This document shows positions 39,767 through 52,999 of a stretch of 64,000 nucleotides of DNA, piece by piece; the stretch's first letter is position 1, and the number at the start of each line of letters is the position of its first letter. The stretch covers positions 178,436,001 through 178,500,000 of the forward strand of contig OZ024741.1 of the NCBI GenBank assembly GCA_964016885.1. The letters are read 5' to 3'. Under the pieces are notes generated by a model. That model saw only the letters and a program-made list of their open reading frames with translations. It searched no databases and was not told the DNA's origin. Position numbers and translations under genes: made by a program. The DNA comes from Eledone cirrhosa. Lineage: Eukaryota.

Positions 39767-40130
39767 ATATAACTTCATTATTTTGAGGTGGATTGGCTGT
39801 ATCGGTAGAGGGTCGGACGCCATGCTTTCCAGCATAGAGTTGCGTCCATTTATGATCTGAGTTCAAATCCCACCGAGGTTAACTTTGCCTTTCATCCTTA
39901 CGGGGTTCATAAAATAAAGTACTAATAATACACTGGCATTACTAGTACTTTACGAGATAATTGCTGGCCTTATGCCAAAAGTAGAAACAATTATTTTGAG
40001 GCGCTTCTCAGAAGCTATATTCACCTTTATGTATCCATCAAACGTGTCAGCAACAAATATTTAGGTTTACTGATTTGCATAGATTTAGTGCTTACGGTGG
40101 CAGCTAGTTAAATTATATATTACATTGGGT
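39767..40130 (+). pseudogene. iGluR-like S1 pseudo-exon, interrupted by a SINE
   Basis: Acceptor ctttgtatttctacag|39767. With the SINE removed it reads ...FIILRR..., then in another frame SNKYLGLLICIDLVLTVAAS*IIYYI, resembling GN....GFCIDL...VA....F.Y.I. Confidence 0.6.
39789..39990 (+). mobile_element. SINE (OK/Nin-like) with TSD
   Basis: Family consensus. Direct repeat attattttgagg at 39777-39788 and 39990-40001. Confidence 0.9.
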
Positions 40131-40544
40131 GCAAATTATATGAAGTACTCTATAAATGAATATATGTACTCGAAGAGGATTTAGTTGTTATTCATTTTAT
40201 TGTGTCTATCAAATGTGACATCCACATACAAAGTTCTTTAGCACAGCCGTAATTTGTTTTGAGGCACTACGCTTCGAATTTGAAATCTCCCTTCGTTATC
40301 TTTGTAATTCATTCTTTCGGATTCGATAAAATAAGTTACAAGTCCAGACGGTAGAATGGTGTATTTTTTCGAACGTTTGACGAGATGCCGTGTTTCATTT
40401 ATTCTTGACCTTTTTCTTCTGGTTTCAAATCAAGCTATATGAAATATCCTATGACTTGCAGTAGCAAAATATATTATAGGTCTGACGCCTACAACAGCAG
40501 GTAACATGAGCAAAGTTTAACTGAAACTGGCTATTTATATACAA

Positions 40545-40661
40545 GGTGAAACGAAATATAGCAATTAACATTGAAATATAACGGAAAGAGCTGAAATTAC
40601 AAACAATTCTCTTACAGTATTTTTTACTTTAAAAGTAGTTTACAAAAATATCAAGAAATCA
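40545..40661 (+). pseudogene. iGluR-like S1 C-terminal relic
   Basis: GET / NIAI / ITERAEITNNSLTVFFTLKVVYKNIKKS resembles EADIAIAPLTIT.ER..V.DF..PFM.LG..I.IKKP. Confidence 0.6.
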
Positions 40662-41699
40662 AAGTTAATAATGTAATGTAATTTAGGATGGTGTAGTGTC
40701 AAAAGTGACAGAGCGTTAGCTAAAATGCCATTGCGCTATTTGTTCTGCCTTTTTACATTCGAAGTTCAAATAACACAGAGATGAACTTTGCTTTGCATAA
40801 AGTAAAGAACCAATCAACTATTTCTTCGTCATAAATTTGCTAGCCTTGTGTCTATATTATAAATCAATATTTCAAACATTATTTAAAATGAGATTACATA
40901 TATCGATACATATTCGGAAGGTGTGTATGTGTGTGTGCGTGCGTGTGTAGTTGGTGGGTGAATGCTGTATATACCGATGTAAACAGTATGTTGAGCTGCG
41001 TTCCTTTGCGGTCCTGATTTGATATTTTAAAAAATCAATAAATTACGTCACCAGGTGAAAATACATTGGGGTAGGCATGATAGACTAAAAATAAAACTTA
41101 AAGTATGACCACTAACATAACCACAGTCCAATAATTGAATAAAAGAATAACAGAAAGCAGGAGAGTAAAATCAAGTGATAACTAAAGCTCATCAACTAAA
41201 AGAAGTTACTGATGCGTTTGATCAATGTAAATCGATATATTTATCATGCATTTTGAACACCCGAAACCATAACATTCGTTGATATCAAGCTGAGACACCG
41301 AGGCAGATTCGATAATTATCGGTTCACTGCACCAATAATGTTCTTGAGAAAAGCCATCAAAGAATGCCAAGATTTTCACCAAAAAGTACACGGCATTTCA
41401 AAAAGGAAATAAAACAATACAGTTCTCAATAGTGCAGAGGAACAACTTTAGTTGTAATATAGATTTTTAGCTCTAAATCGCTACTTATCCGATATTCTAA
41501 CTATTGCCACATTACTCGACCTTTGGAGGTCCTAGTGAGTTCATTAAGGTCGATATCACTCACTCCACTGCACATAGGAATGTAACAAATGAACACAAGA
41601 CAAGACGATTTGTCTTCCGACTATTTGCGGATAAAATAAAATACAATTTACTACTAACCTAACATTAGCCAAGAATTGAAAGTGTGTACAGATTGTGAT

Positions 41700-42620
41700 T
41701 CTGGTTTAACACGTTAGCGTCTAAGGCTTCAAAGGAAGTAAATGTATTTTCACAGATTTAAAATTTTACATCAAGTTGTCTTTATATCAGAGTAATTGTC
41801 TTCCTACACTATGTTTATCATTATGATGATGACTTCACAACAGCATCCAGGTTGTATGGTCCTCAGTCATCTGTAGGACATGACCAGCGCATCTATGTTG
41901 GGATTGTATCTATGTTGGCATTGGAGATTCCCTCAGAAAGTGCATAACCACAGAGTGACGAAAAAGTTTTTGGCCGACATCCAACTTATAAATATGGATG
42001 CGATAAAGTGTCCATAATTATGAGCTATACAAAGGTGTCGGCAGTATCACTGCACGATACACTGCAAGTTTCGTTTTCAGGGATATACCATAGACTTCGC
42101 ATAGTCTATGAAGGCGTGCGTTGTTTTGGAGACATGATTAACGATCTCTTACCCCAGAGATGCAGAGTAGTTCACCTTGCTGCCAATGTAAGGAAAGGAA
42201 TTCACATACTTCAATGCCTACCACCAACAGTGATAAGAACATGGGGAGGGCCGTGTGTCGGCTGTCCCTGCTTAACTTATACATGTATAGGGACGCTGAC
42301 TTTGGTTGATGTACCAACTCAGTCTTCTTAATGGTGATTGTTAAACCAAACGCCTTGCAAGCAAGTGCGAAGCCGTTCATCCATGTCTGTGCTTCTTCGG
42401 AATCACGAATAGCATTTGTTCATGCAAGTGTTTTACCCATAAAGCGCTGATGGTTGAATAAGCCACCTGGTGAATAACCCATCAGTGCCTCAGTCACCAA
42501 ATGCATATTTCACCATTTCAGAGAAGAACAAAACAAAGAGACCTTGCTTCATACAATTTGTGTCACCAACGGGTTCAAAGCATTCGCCATAATGCCTCCA
42601 TGTCCCCATGAGAAAACATG
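41700..42620 (-). mobile_element. Degenerate RTE/BovB-like LINE fragment
   Basis: The - strand reads MNGFALACKAFGLTITIKKTE, F.YIGS, and AGHVLQM...P. Confidence 0.75.
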
Positions 42621-43131
42621 GTGAAAATCAGCAAATAATATATATATATTTTCTTCTAATTATTGAAAAAATATATATATATTATTAACAACAATGATGC
42701 CTTTTGCCTCAACCTATAAACACAATCTCTTACAATTTTACACGTTAAAACCATTTTATGTCCGGTCTTTGTTTTGTGTTTGCAAACCTCCAAAATTTGA
42801 TGCAGTATCTATTCTTATAATTTGAATTTGATTAAACTTTATCCCTTTTATTCCTGATGTTATGCAGATGTTTATATGTATTATGTCTTGCGTAAATAAT
42901 TGCTAATTAACTCTATCCGATTAACTTATTATTTACATGAGCATGTACGATTATCACCTGTACCGAAATTATATAATTGATTTAAGTTGTTAACCTTCGT
43001 TTTTCCTCATTTAAAATATTAATGCTCTGCGAACAGTGCTGTCTTTAACAAGATCTTTAACTTTCGAGGAATATTTGGTCCGTTTTGAATTCCTTACGCG
43101 CTGAGAACTCTAATGTGCATGGAGCTTCTCT

Positions 43132-43176
<45 letters not shown>

Positions 43177-43510
43177 TTGTGTGTATGTGTGTGTGTCTGT
43201 GTCTGTTTGTGTGTCTGTGCCCCGGGTTCAATCGGGAGTAACCACAGTAAGTAAGGTACTCAATACATAGCAGAGTATAAATATTTAATATAGAAATGGC
43301 TTCTACAAGAAAGCTTCCCTGATGATTTTCTTGGAATAAAAGAGTTCTAGTCCTATAGAAGCCATTTCTATATTATACATATATATAGTGGAATTTCCTA
43401 TTTCAGGAGAAATACGGTATGTTTGAAATAAACATTTAGAGAGCCGTAGCTATGCCAAAACACCAGCGACTAACGCCTTCTGACGGTGTCCAGTAGAAGC
43501 AAAGGGGACA

Positions 43511-43556
43511 ATCATGGATGCGCATTTCGCACTGAACTGGTTCTCATCAGCACGAT
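43511..43556 (-). ncRNA. Type-I hammerhead motif inside an inverted repeat
   Basis: Reverse complement: atcgtg CTGATGA gaac cagttca gtgc GAAA tgcgca TC catgat. Enclosed by inverted arms at about 43390-43445 and 43583-43635. Confidence 0.7.
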
Positions 43557-43675
43557 CCCTCCCACTCTTGCAACTGCGTTAGTCTCTAAATGTTTATTTT
43601 AAACATACCGTATTTCTTCTGAAATACGAAATCCCAAATACATATCTGTATACAACTATGTCTGAAGCTAAATTG

Positions 43676-43726
<51 letters not shown>

Positions 43727-43882
43727 TGATATCCAACTGTTTATGGTGGGACCTATAATATCATTAGAACTCAATGCTTCCTTGAAGACATGGTTTATCG
43801 AGAACGTGTGGTGAGAATTATCGATCGTGTAGTAGTCAATGCATAAGGTTCCCTCAAAGATTTTACGTGACCTAGAGTCATT

Positions 43883-43967
<85 letters not shown>

Positions 43968-44595
43968 ATTGAACAATGAAAATAAAACAAAAATCGAAGA
44001 TTGATTCTTAATTAGTTTTACGACCGTTGCAGAGGTTACCTAATCATGGTAAATCGATATATTGACTAACTAACAGGTAGTGTTTATGTCAGTCCCTATG
44101 TCAAGTCTAGAAATCTCTGTTCATTTATTTTTTTCCTGAAGAAGTCAGTGTGACGTATCAGGGGTTCAAACCTTATTTGATTAAGCATTATTTGGTAGGT
44201 ATTTCATTGGGCATGCAGTAGATGTGAGCATTGATGTCAAGGGATTTGTAAGGAGTTTGTTAGACTATTTTTTATAGTAAAATAAATGCGTGTAAATTGT
44301 CATATAGCAGTAGTATACACACATACATGCAAGTACTCGTGGACGATCAGCGAAAACCGCGAAATCCGCGAAATCCACGAAATCCACGCAGTAATATACA
44401 TCTATAGCCGGTGAGGCATACAAGAAAGAACAGAAAAAAAGAGAAAAAAAGAAGAAATCACATCACAAGTAAAGGCGATGATCGAACGTTAGATGCTAGG
44501 GAAACAGTTATTCAGTTTACTAATCTGTAAGGGGGAAGGGTAGAAGGTATTAACTATGGAAGCGTGGTATTATCAGTTATTAGAGGAACTACTTA

Positions 44596-44709
<114 letters not shown>

Positions 44710-44756
44710 CAGATATAATGTAGGACTCTCTTTATTATTGTTATTTTTATATGAAA

Positions 44757-44920
44757 AGGGCGGTGGATTGGCAGTATCCAGCATAGTTACGTCTCTTTAC
44801 GATCTGAGTTCAAATCCCGCCGAGGTTGACTTTGTCTTTCATCCTTACGGAGTCGATAAAATAAAGTACCAGTAATGCACTGGGTATTTGCTGGCCTTGT
44901 GCCAAAAGTAGAAACAATTA
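44757..44920 (+). mobile_element. SINE (OK/Nin-like, internally deleted) with TSD
   Basis: Direct repeat ttatttttatatgaaa at 44741-44756 and 44918-44933. Confidence 0.9.
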
Positions 44921-45312
44921 TTTTTATATGAAATACTGATTGATCTTCCTTGTATCCCATGTCTGATTTAGCCTTAGAGAATAGCTATGTGTATGTATGG
45001 GTGATCCATACATATAGTTATTATGTGTTTTAATATCTCTGTGTGTGCCTTGGCTGTGTATACATGTGGTTATTCTTTTAAATTTCCAATTGAGTTCTTA
45101 TACACGTGGCTAATAACTAACACGTATAAATGACCAGCGTGTATATTGTTTTATTTTAAGATGACCTCCCTTTGCCCTTTTGGGGTCAACGTGTATTTTT
45201 TTCTTTGGGAGAACTGCTGGATTCTAATCTACCAGTCTCTTCTTAGCGCTGAGGGAGACCCTCACCATTCTGTTAATGTCGATATAATTCTTATATCGTT
45301 ATTAATTGGGCA

Positions 45313-45436
45313 TCCACTGATGAGTTTATAAGAGCCCGCTTGTGTATAAAAATATGGATTATATACAAGTTTCTACATAACCTGGAAATTATTTATCCCA
45401 AATTATAGAAATCTTATAACGAAACGGCCGTCTGGA
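45313..45436 (+). ncRNA. Type-I hammerhead motif with a branched stem II of about 97 nt
   Basis: tcca CTGATGA gtttataaga...tcttataac GAAA cggccg TC tgga. Confidence 0.85.
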
Positions 45437-45629
45437 AGAAATGAGATATTTATTTAATAATGTCTCATAAAATAATACAACCAATTATCCACGAAATACT
45501 GATTAGTTAGCACCCCAAACACTAAATTGGGATAATACTTAAGTATATCCTAATGTTTGTTGAGTGAGATGGAGTTGGTCGGTGTATCGCTTAAGGCTTT
45601 CTCTGTTTATGTATTGTATATATATATAT

Positions 45630-46340
45630 AAATGCTGAAAAATATCTTTCAACATGATAAAATATCCCACACACACACCTACAGACACATTCCTACTGAC
45701 CGATCCCTCTACCACCAATTACTCTGCTACACACACACACACACATACACACATATTTGTCTTAATAGGCACCTGAACTGTTTACCTGTCAACATGACTG
45801 CAATTCACACACACATCCCTACTGACAATTGACCATTATCACAACAATGAATCTCGTTACTACACACACGCACACATATTTGTCTTAAAAGACTTATTTT
45901 TCAGTGACTTCTCAATCAGGAGAAAAAAGACACTCTTCGACAAACCTACATTTGGCGCCAAATCAATTTTTAACATTTACGTGACCTCTACCGACCAATC
46001 AAAATTGTTTTGACCACAATAATTTTTGCAACACGAATTGGCGCGAAACTTATTTTAATACCTCTGGAGCCACTTTTTTCACATAAAACAGGTAGAATTT
46101 CCAAAACTGATCAGATTAGAGCAAACATCACGGGCGCTCTATCTCAAAATTATTTTTGAAAAGCATTAGAAATGCGCAACCGGTAAAAACTTAAAACCAA
46201 AACTGAATACTAACAAATACTTATTACTAATTTTTACTTATTCCTAATTAAACTATTTTTCACTGGGAAAAATTTGTCAGCATTTTCTTTTCCTTTTACC
46301 AATATATCACAACTCGTGTGTTACACCTCTATTCTTTTAA
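45630..46340 (+). mobile_element. PLE 3' UTR/pLTR, diverged relative of the 11466-13400 element
   Basis: Shares tggcgcgaaa, gagccacttttt and acactcgtgt..acacctc. Variant hammerhead at 46153-46188: ttt TTGAAAA gcatt aga aatgc GCAA ccgg TA aaa. Confidence 0.7.
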
Positions 46341-47250
46341 ATATATATATATATATATATATACTTTTTGTAGGCAACCTCGCAATTTAGGGTGAATTTG
46401 CTTATACAAAAAGGAAAAAGGGAACTTATCGGCATAGGTAGTCACTTGAACTGTTTATAGTAAATACCTTGTAGATATGAGTTGTGTCACAAGATAATTC
46501 GGTCCAATGTATGTAATCCAAGGAGTGATATGGTATATATGATTAATAGAAAAACAAAGCAAATTTGCCTTGTATTTCTAATAACCAATATATACTACAT
46601 GTGTGTGTATGTATATATATATATATATAATTAAGGTGTTCGCTCTGAAATAGCTGTGTTCATTGGGGTATATTATTTGTATATCTTGCGATATACAGTA
46701 CGTTTACGAATAAAGTTTTGAAGACTTTAGCTATGAATTTTGGAAGCTGATAACTAGGACGATTCCAGTAGAAGGGCGGGTAATCTGTCGAAGGTCGACC
46801 GTTTCTGACACCGATCGTTATCAAGACGACGCTCCCTCACCCTGCTCGCTGCTGGAATTCAACATGAGCGAACATATATAGTATTGATGGCTATATACAG
46901 GGGCTGATAAGACTGATTTGCATATGGAGCTGTTGGTCGGTTAGACATGAGGATAGAATTAAGGTGTTCGCTCCGACATAGCTGTATATATACCGTATAT
47001 CGCTAGAAATACAAATACACATACCTATATCTATACATCTATGTCAGAGTGTACACCTTAATTCTATTTTCAGGCCCAGCCGGCCGACACCTACATATGC
47101 AAATGAGGCTTCTCAGCCCATGAAAAACTACATATTTTCACCCATGTGGAATTCCAGTAGACCGTCGACAGATTACCCATACCTGCTTCCAATGGAATCC
47201 GCCTGATGGCTCTAGTTATCAGCTTACAAAATTCATAGTGTGTGTGTATG

Positions 47251-47326
<76 letters not shown>

Positions 47327-47348
47327 TGTGTGTGTATATATATATATA

Positions 47349-47389
<41 letters not shown>

Positions 47390-47435
47390 TGTATGTATAA
47401 ATATATATAATATATACATATATATATAACATAAA

Positions 47436-47477
<42 letters not shown>

Positions 47478-47732
47478 ACTTAAACAGACGCATATATATA
47501 TATCTATGTATGTATATATGTATATAGACGCATAGATACACACCCACACATATATATATATGGATTTTATATATGTGTGCGTGTGTGTGTGTGCGTCGGT
47601 GTATGTGAGTGTGTGTTTGAGTGTGGGCGTATGTATATATATATATGTATATATGCATACGGAAAGAAAACGGAAACCAACAAACCAAACTATACATATT
47701 TATATATATACATGCACACACATACACACAGA

Positions 47733-47807
<75 letters not shown>

Positions 47808-47878
47808 ATATGTATATGTGTATGTATATATTTGAATATGTTTATATACATTTATTATATATATGTAAATATATATGC

Positions 47879-47944
<66 letters not shown>

Positions 47945-49164
47945 GGTGTGGGTGTATTAATATATAGTATGAAATATATAATAAGGACAATGGAAAATTT
48001 GCATTAGAACATTACAAATTTGGGATTCGTCTATTTTAAAAAATGCCTAATCCTATTAGTGTTATGAACAAGTACGTCATTGAGAGAAAGCAGTTTTGCA
48101 ACTGATATGGTTATTATTTAATAGAATTCCTTTCCTTTTCAAACATTACTCTGACAATGTTCAACATCAGCGCGCTTTTCTTTGGAAATATTGTTCGCCT
48201 GTCTTCTCACAACTATTTAAATAGTGATCCATTTTTAGAAAATATATTTATAGATGTCATACGTTTTACCAATGTTTTTGTCGTTGTTGTTGTGTTGTTA
48301 GTGTTTATTTAATGCTGATTTTTTTCTACTGAAAATAGAAACTATGAAGTTTAACTGTCGCCCAAAACAGATAACTACACAACGTAAATGGGCGATACAT
48401 TAATAAAACTTGGTAATATTATTAAGTAGAAAGGACTGGGAATACAATATACAACCCACGCAGTAGCTATGCAATATATCAAACGTTGACTTTGTTCTAT
48501 TTCTTTAAAGTTTTGTTCTGGACAACGGATTTGTACGCATTGCTTTCCTGGTCCTTTCAATAATGGTGAGTTCAGCACTGGTTTATGTTGTATTTCAACA
48601 AGGTTAATTTGATAGATCAGGCACATGAAGCACAAAGCTTACAGTTTCAGATGGAAAGCATTGTAGTGTGATCTCTCGTATGATAGTTGTTATCGTGTGT
48701 TAAATGAAGGGAGACAAGTAAGTCGAATGAGACAACAGATGAGACACAATATTTATGCGTTTGTTCGGGGCTACAACAGAATTTGACACACATCACCTTG
48801 GATGAAGTGGGTCAGAGAGGCCTCAATCAATAGATATTTAGAAGAGTGTTGAGTGTCATTTGGGACCGAAAAGCACAAGCTAAATAGTAGCCAACACAGA
48901 GGTCAATTTTTTTACGTGTGTTGGGGACATAAAATAACTTTCAAACCAACCATATTTGATAGAATGGGGGTCAGAGAGACACAAATCAGTAGGTGCTCAG
49001 AAGTATGGCAAGTAAGTCAAGAGTGTTAACAAATAGTTGACAAAAAGCCAACTACCACAGAATCCATTTTGAATGTGCGTATTCGGGGTCATAGAAGAAA
49101 TTTGGAATGCACCACTGATTGTGGGTCAGAGAGCTCAACCAGTAAATATTAATTAGAATGACGA

Positions 49165-49352
49165 TGGCGGTGAAATGGCAGTATCGGTAGAGGGTCGGAC
49201 GCCATTCTTTGACGCATAGAGTTACGCTCCTTGCCATTCTGAGTTCAAATCCCGCCGAGGTTAACTTTGCCTTTCATCCTTACGGGGTCGATAAAATAAA
49301 GTACCAGTAATGCACTGGATAATTGCTGGCCTTGTGCCAAAAATAGAAACAA
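49165..49352 (+). mobile_element. Full-length SINE (OK/Nin-like) with TSD
   Basis: A/B-box head and Nin-like core ttgcctttcatccttacggggtcgataaaat. Direct repeat attaattagaatgacga at 49148-49164 and 49352-49368. Confidence 0.9.
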
Positions 49353-50139
49353 TTAATTAGAATGACGAATAACGAGTCAAGTTATATGCTATACAAGACG
49401 TCACAAAAGAACAAAAACGACAATGCTGCTTGTGTATTGGGTGTGATAACACATCTGAATTGATAAAGAAGGAGTCAGAGACAGCTCGATCAGTAGATCC
49501 TGATATGAAGTGATTGAATAGAAATATTTTGGTCCATGAGATAAGGTAAGAATAGAGTTCATAGGTAAGCGGGCAGTTTAACGCTGAGAAAACGACAGAG
49601 TTAGGAGACAACACGTCTATGGACCAGATATTATTGTGTATTTATGAAAAACTTCATGTCAGTCAGTCGCGAAGATACCAGCTACGATGACAGTTTTGCT
49701 AGTCTTTTAGTGGTGAATTTCATAATATTTTTTCAAGGTGTTTGAGAGACATAACATCTTAAACATAATCTATGATAAATATAATCTTTCTAAGTCAGAT
49801 GTTGGGTGATGTGTTCTGAACGCAGTCATTAGATTAATTGTTTATTTTTATATTCTTTCTGGAAGTGTTAAATAATTTCACTCAGCATCCAATTTACAAA
49901 TATTACTTGATGTTGCGATTCCATATTACCATATTTTACGCACGTGCTCCAGTTTTAAGAATTGATGTTTTACGTCTATAATATACCATTTTAAACATGT
50001 CTTTCAATTGTGTTTTGTACACTGCCCGGTGCATTGCTTCTAAAGTATTTGTAATTTTGTGTTGCTATTCTTTTGCTTTTCTTCCTTTATTGAGGGAGTT
50101 ATTAGGGTTCTAAATTAATTTTCCTCACTTCAAGATAGC

Positions 50140-51005
50140 TATGATGATACAAGGGAATTCACTTTCCTGCCATATCAACCTTACCTTTTATGAAATAAAA
50201 TACTGGTCACGTATTAGGGTCGACTTAATCGACTTTCTTTAAATTGCTGACCTTGTGCATATGTTACAAAGAGTTATTGATGATTTTTTATCATTATTAT
50301 ATCAGCATAGTTACGTCCTTTTATGATCTGAGTTCAAATCCCGCCGAGGTTAACTTTGCCTTTCATCCTTACGGGGTCGATAAAATAAAGTACCAGTAAT
50401 GTACTGGATAATTGCTGGCCTTGTGCCAAAAGTAGAAACAATTATTATATGGATTGGCTAACTTTGAGGTTAACTTTGCCTTTCATCCTTACGGGGTCGA
50501 TAAAATAAAGTACCAGTAATACACTGGGTATTTGCTGGCCTTGTGCCAAAAGTAGAAACAATTATTATATGGATTGGCAATATCGGTAGAGCGTCGGACA
50601 GCATGCTTCGCAGAAAAGAGTTACGGTCCTTTACGTTCTGATTTCAAATCCCGCCGAGGTTAGCTTGGCCTTTCATCCTTACGGGGTCAATAAATAAAGC
50701 ACCAGTAATGCACTGGGGTCAATTTAATCGACCCCCCCCCCAAAAGAAATTGCTGATTTTGTGCCTAAAGTACCATATCTATATCAAGATAGGTGAATTG
50801 GCAGTATCGATAGAACGTGCGGCAATACGCATTGCTGCATATAGTTACGTCCCTTTACGTTCTGAGTAGAAATCACGCCGAAGTTAGCCTTATCTTTCAT
50901 TCGATGGAATCGATAAAATAAAGTACCAGTAAGGCACTGAGTCGATTTAATGTACTTCCTCTTCACCAACATTGTTGGCCTTCTTCCTATATCAGAAACC
51001 ATTAT
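50140..51005 (+). mobile_element. Tandem cluster of 4-5 SINE copies
   Basis: The core recurs at about 50350, 50470, 50660 and 50885, with an older copy near 50170. Includes a tandem duplication of about 120 bp. Confidence 0.85.
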
Positions 51006-52999
51006 ATATATCAGCATTAAATGTCATCCCCATTGCAATAATCGTGTTTGGAATCATTATTTAGGTAAAAATCTTTATCACTGCAGTGGTCATGTACATC
51101 ATCATCATAACTATGATCACTAATCCATTTTATGCTGCATCATAAACCTCATTGTCTTCGTCATAAACCTCGATAATGATCATATTTTCTCATTATCTAC
51201 ATTCCACTTATCGTGGAATTTTAAGATCAACTGATGTTTGTAACTTAACTTGTCATCGATAATTATGGCGTTAATATAGAGTTTAATTGTTTATATTTTT
51301 AAATATTGTTGAATTTATTTACTGTTATTGGTGTTGCTTTTGTTGTTGCTGTTGTTGTTGTTAGGCTTGGTGTTGTTTCTTTTGTTGCTGCTGTTGTTTT
51401 TGTAGTTGTTATCTTTGATGTTGTTCTTGTTTACTGTTGCTGCTGCTACGTTTGTTGTTATTTTTGTGGTTGCTCTCCTTGTTTTCGTAGTTCTGACATT
51501 TCAATCATATTCATTCTGTATGTGAGGGGATATATTTATCTACCTCAGCAAATATATTCTTTCCATTTTAAGAGAGGTTGATGAGTTGTGCATGAGATTT
51601 AGCTCCTATTTCAAGTTAACTGCACTGGCGTCTCTATCTTGCTTGACTTATATATTTAGAGGGTGTTTTTATTCTCATTGTTGCTCCTTTTGTTGCTGTT
51701 TTTTGGTTGCGAAGCTTTCACATATAAAACATATTCAAAAACACAGATGGAAATATTATACATAGAGTCTGTCTTATATTTAATAACGTTTAAGATTACA
51801 ATAGTAATATTTATTCTAATAAATCCTTTTAATTTAATGAGACTTTCTTGAAATTGAAGCAATCTACATGAGTATATCCTTCTGAAAAATTCTGTTGTGA
51901 TTACTGTACAATACTCATTCGAGTATGACGTAGATAATTTAATTTTCTCCGTATTATCTTAGTTTATAATTAAAATTGTGTATGGGATTACAAATATATT
52001 TCTCTGTGTAATAGATAATAAGAGAGAGTAAGAAGTGTAGATGAGAATTGGATAATTTAATAAAAACTTATTTTTAGAAATTTAGTGTTTCTTTTTATAC
52101 TCATTTGTTTATTAAATTATTCCATTAAATTATTTTCCTGATTTAACTAATAATTTCAATTAATATAACACTAGCATTTGTGAAAGGAACATTATTGAAT
52201 ACTTTAATGTTTAATCAGGTTTGGAATTTTACTTGATCAACATACTATTTCAGATTCTGTTTAAACTATTTGTTTGACTCTTTAAAGACAATGAGTTGGT
52301 GTATAATCAACAATGCGCTGTATTTGATTTGTATCATCGATATTCTAGTACAAAATCAGTAAAGTTGATTGGATAGCATCCAGTACTTAATTAGTATTTA
52401 TCTTAATGACTGAGTTAGGGTGAACTACAAAGTCGAATGCGGTGGGATTTGAAATAAAGAGAGAAAAACGAAAGTTTTAAATGTGTTTTGTTTTGTTTTT
52501 CTTTTTCACCGCTTTAATGACACTGCCAATCAAACGCTATCTAGGTTTGAACATAGGTAAACAACCATAAATACCGGGGAACTGTATATGAGTCCTAGTA
52601 TTAAACTAATATTTATTTTAATGACTGCGGAATTACTTAAAGTGCAATGTGGAATCCGACAATGTTATAAATCAGAACATAAAAGGACCGACGTAAGTAC
52701 TGAATATACTAATTCGGTTAATGCATTGCCCTGCAAGCTTGAAACTATTGCTTTCAAATTAAGGCAACAAAGTGTACATTCGTCGGTATATTAGATTTGT
52801 ATATAACGATGTCAGTAGTTGACCGGATCACACCAGATGGAATTTGAACTCAGAACCTATATGTCTGATACTCAATAGATTCTGAACACCCAATCGGAAA
52901 AATCAGATTTCTTGTGCAAACCATAAACTTCCCACACTGTATATTTATTTCTTCATGCAATCAGATTTTCTTCGGGAGTTTAGATTTAGAATTTCAGCC

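Noticed and set aside
40330-40400. PDG..NGVF.E.L, resembling iGluR DG.WNGM.GEL
   Set aside because: It overlaps decayed SINE-like sequence and needs several frameshifts, so it was not used as evidence.
41206-41391. Non-repetitive 61-aa ORF with Cys residues
   Set aside because: No splice signals or domain could be supported; it lies next to a decayed LINE.
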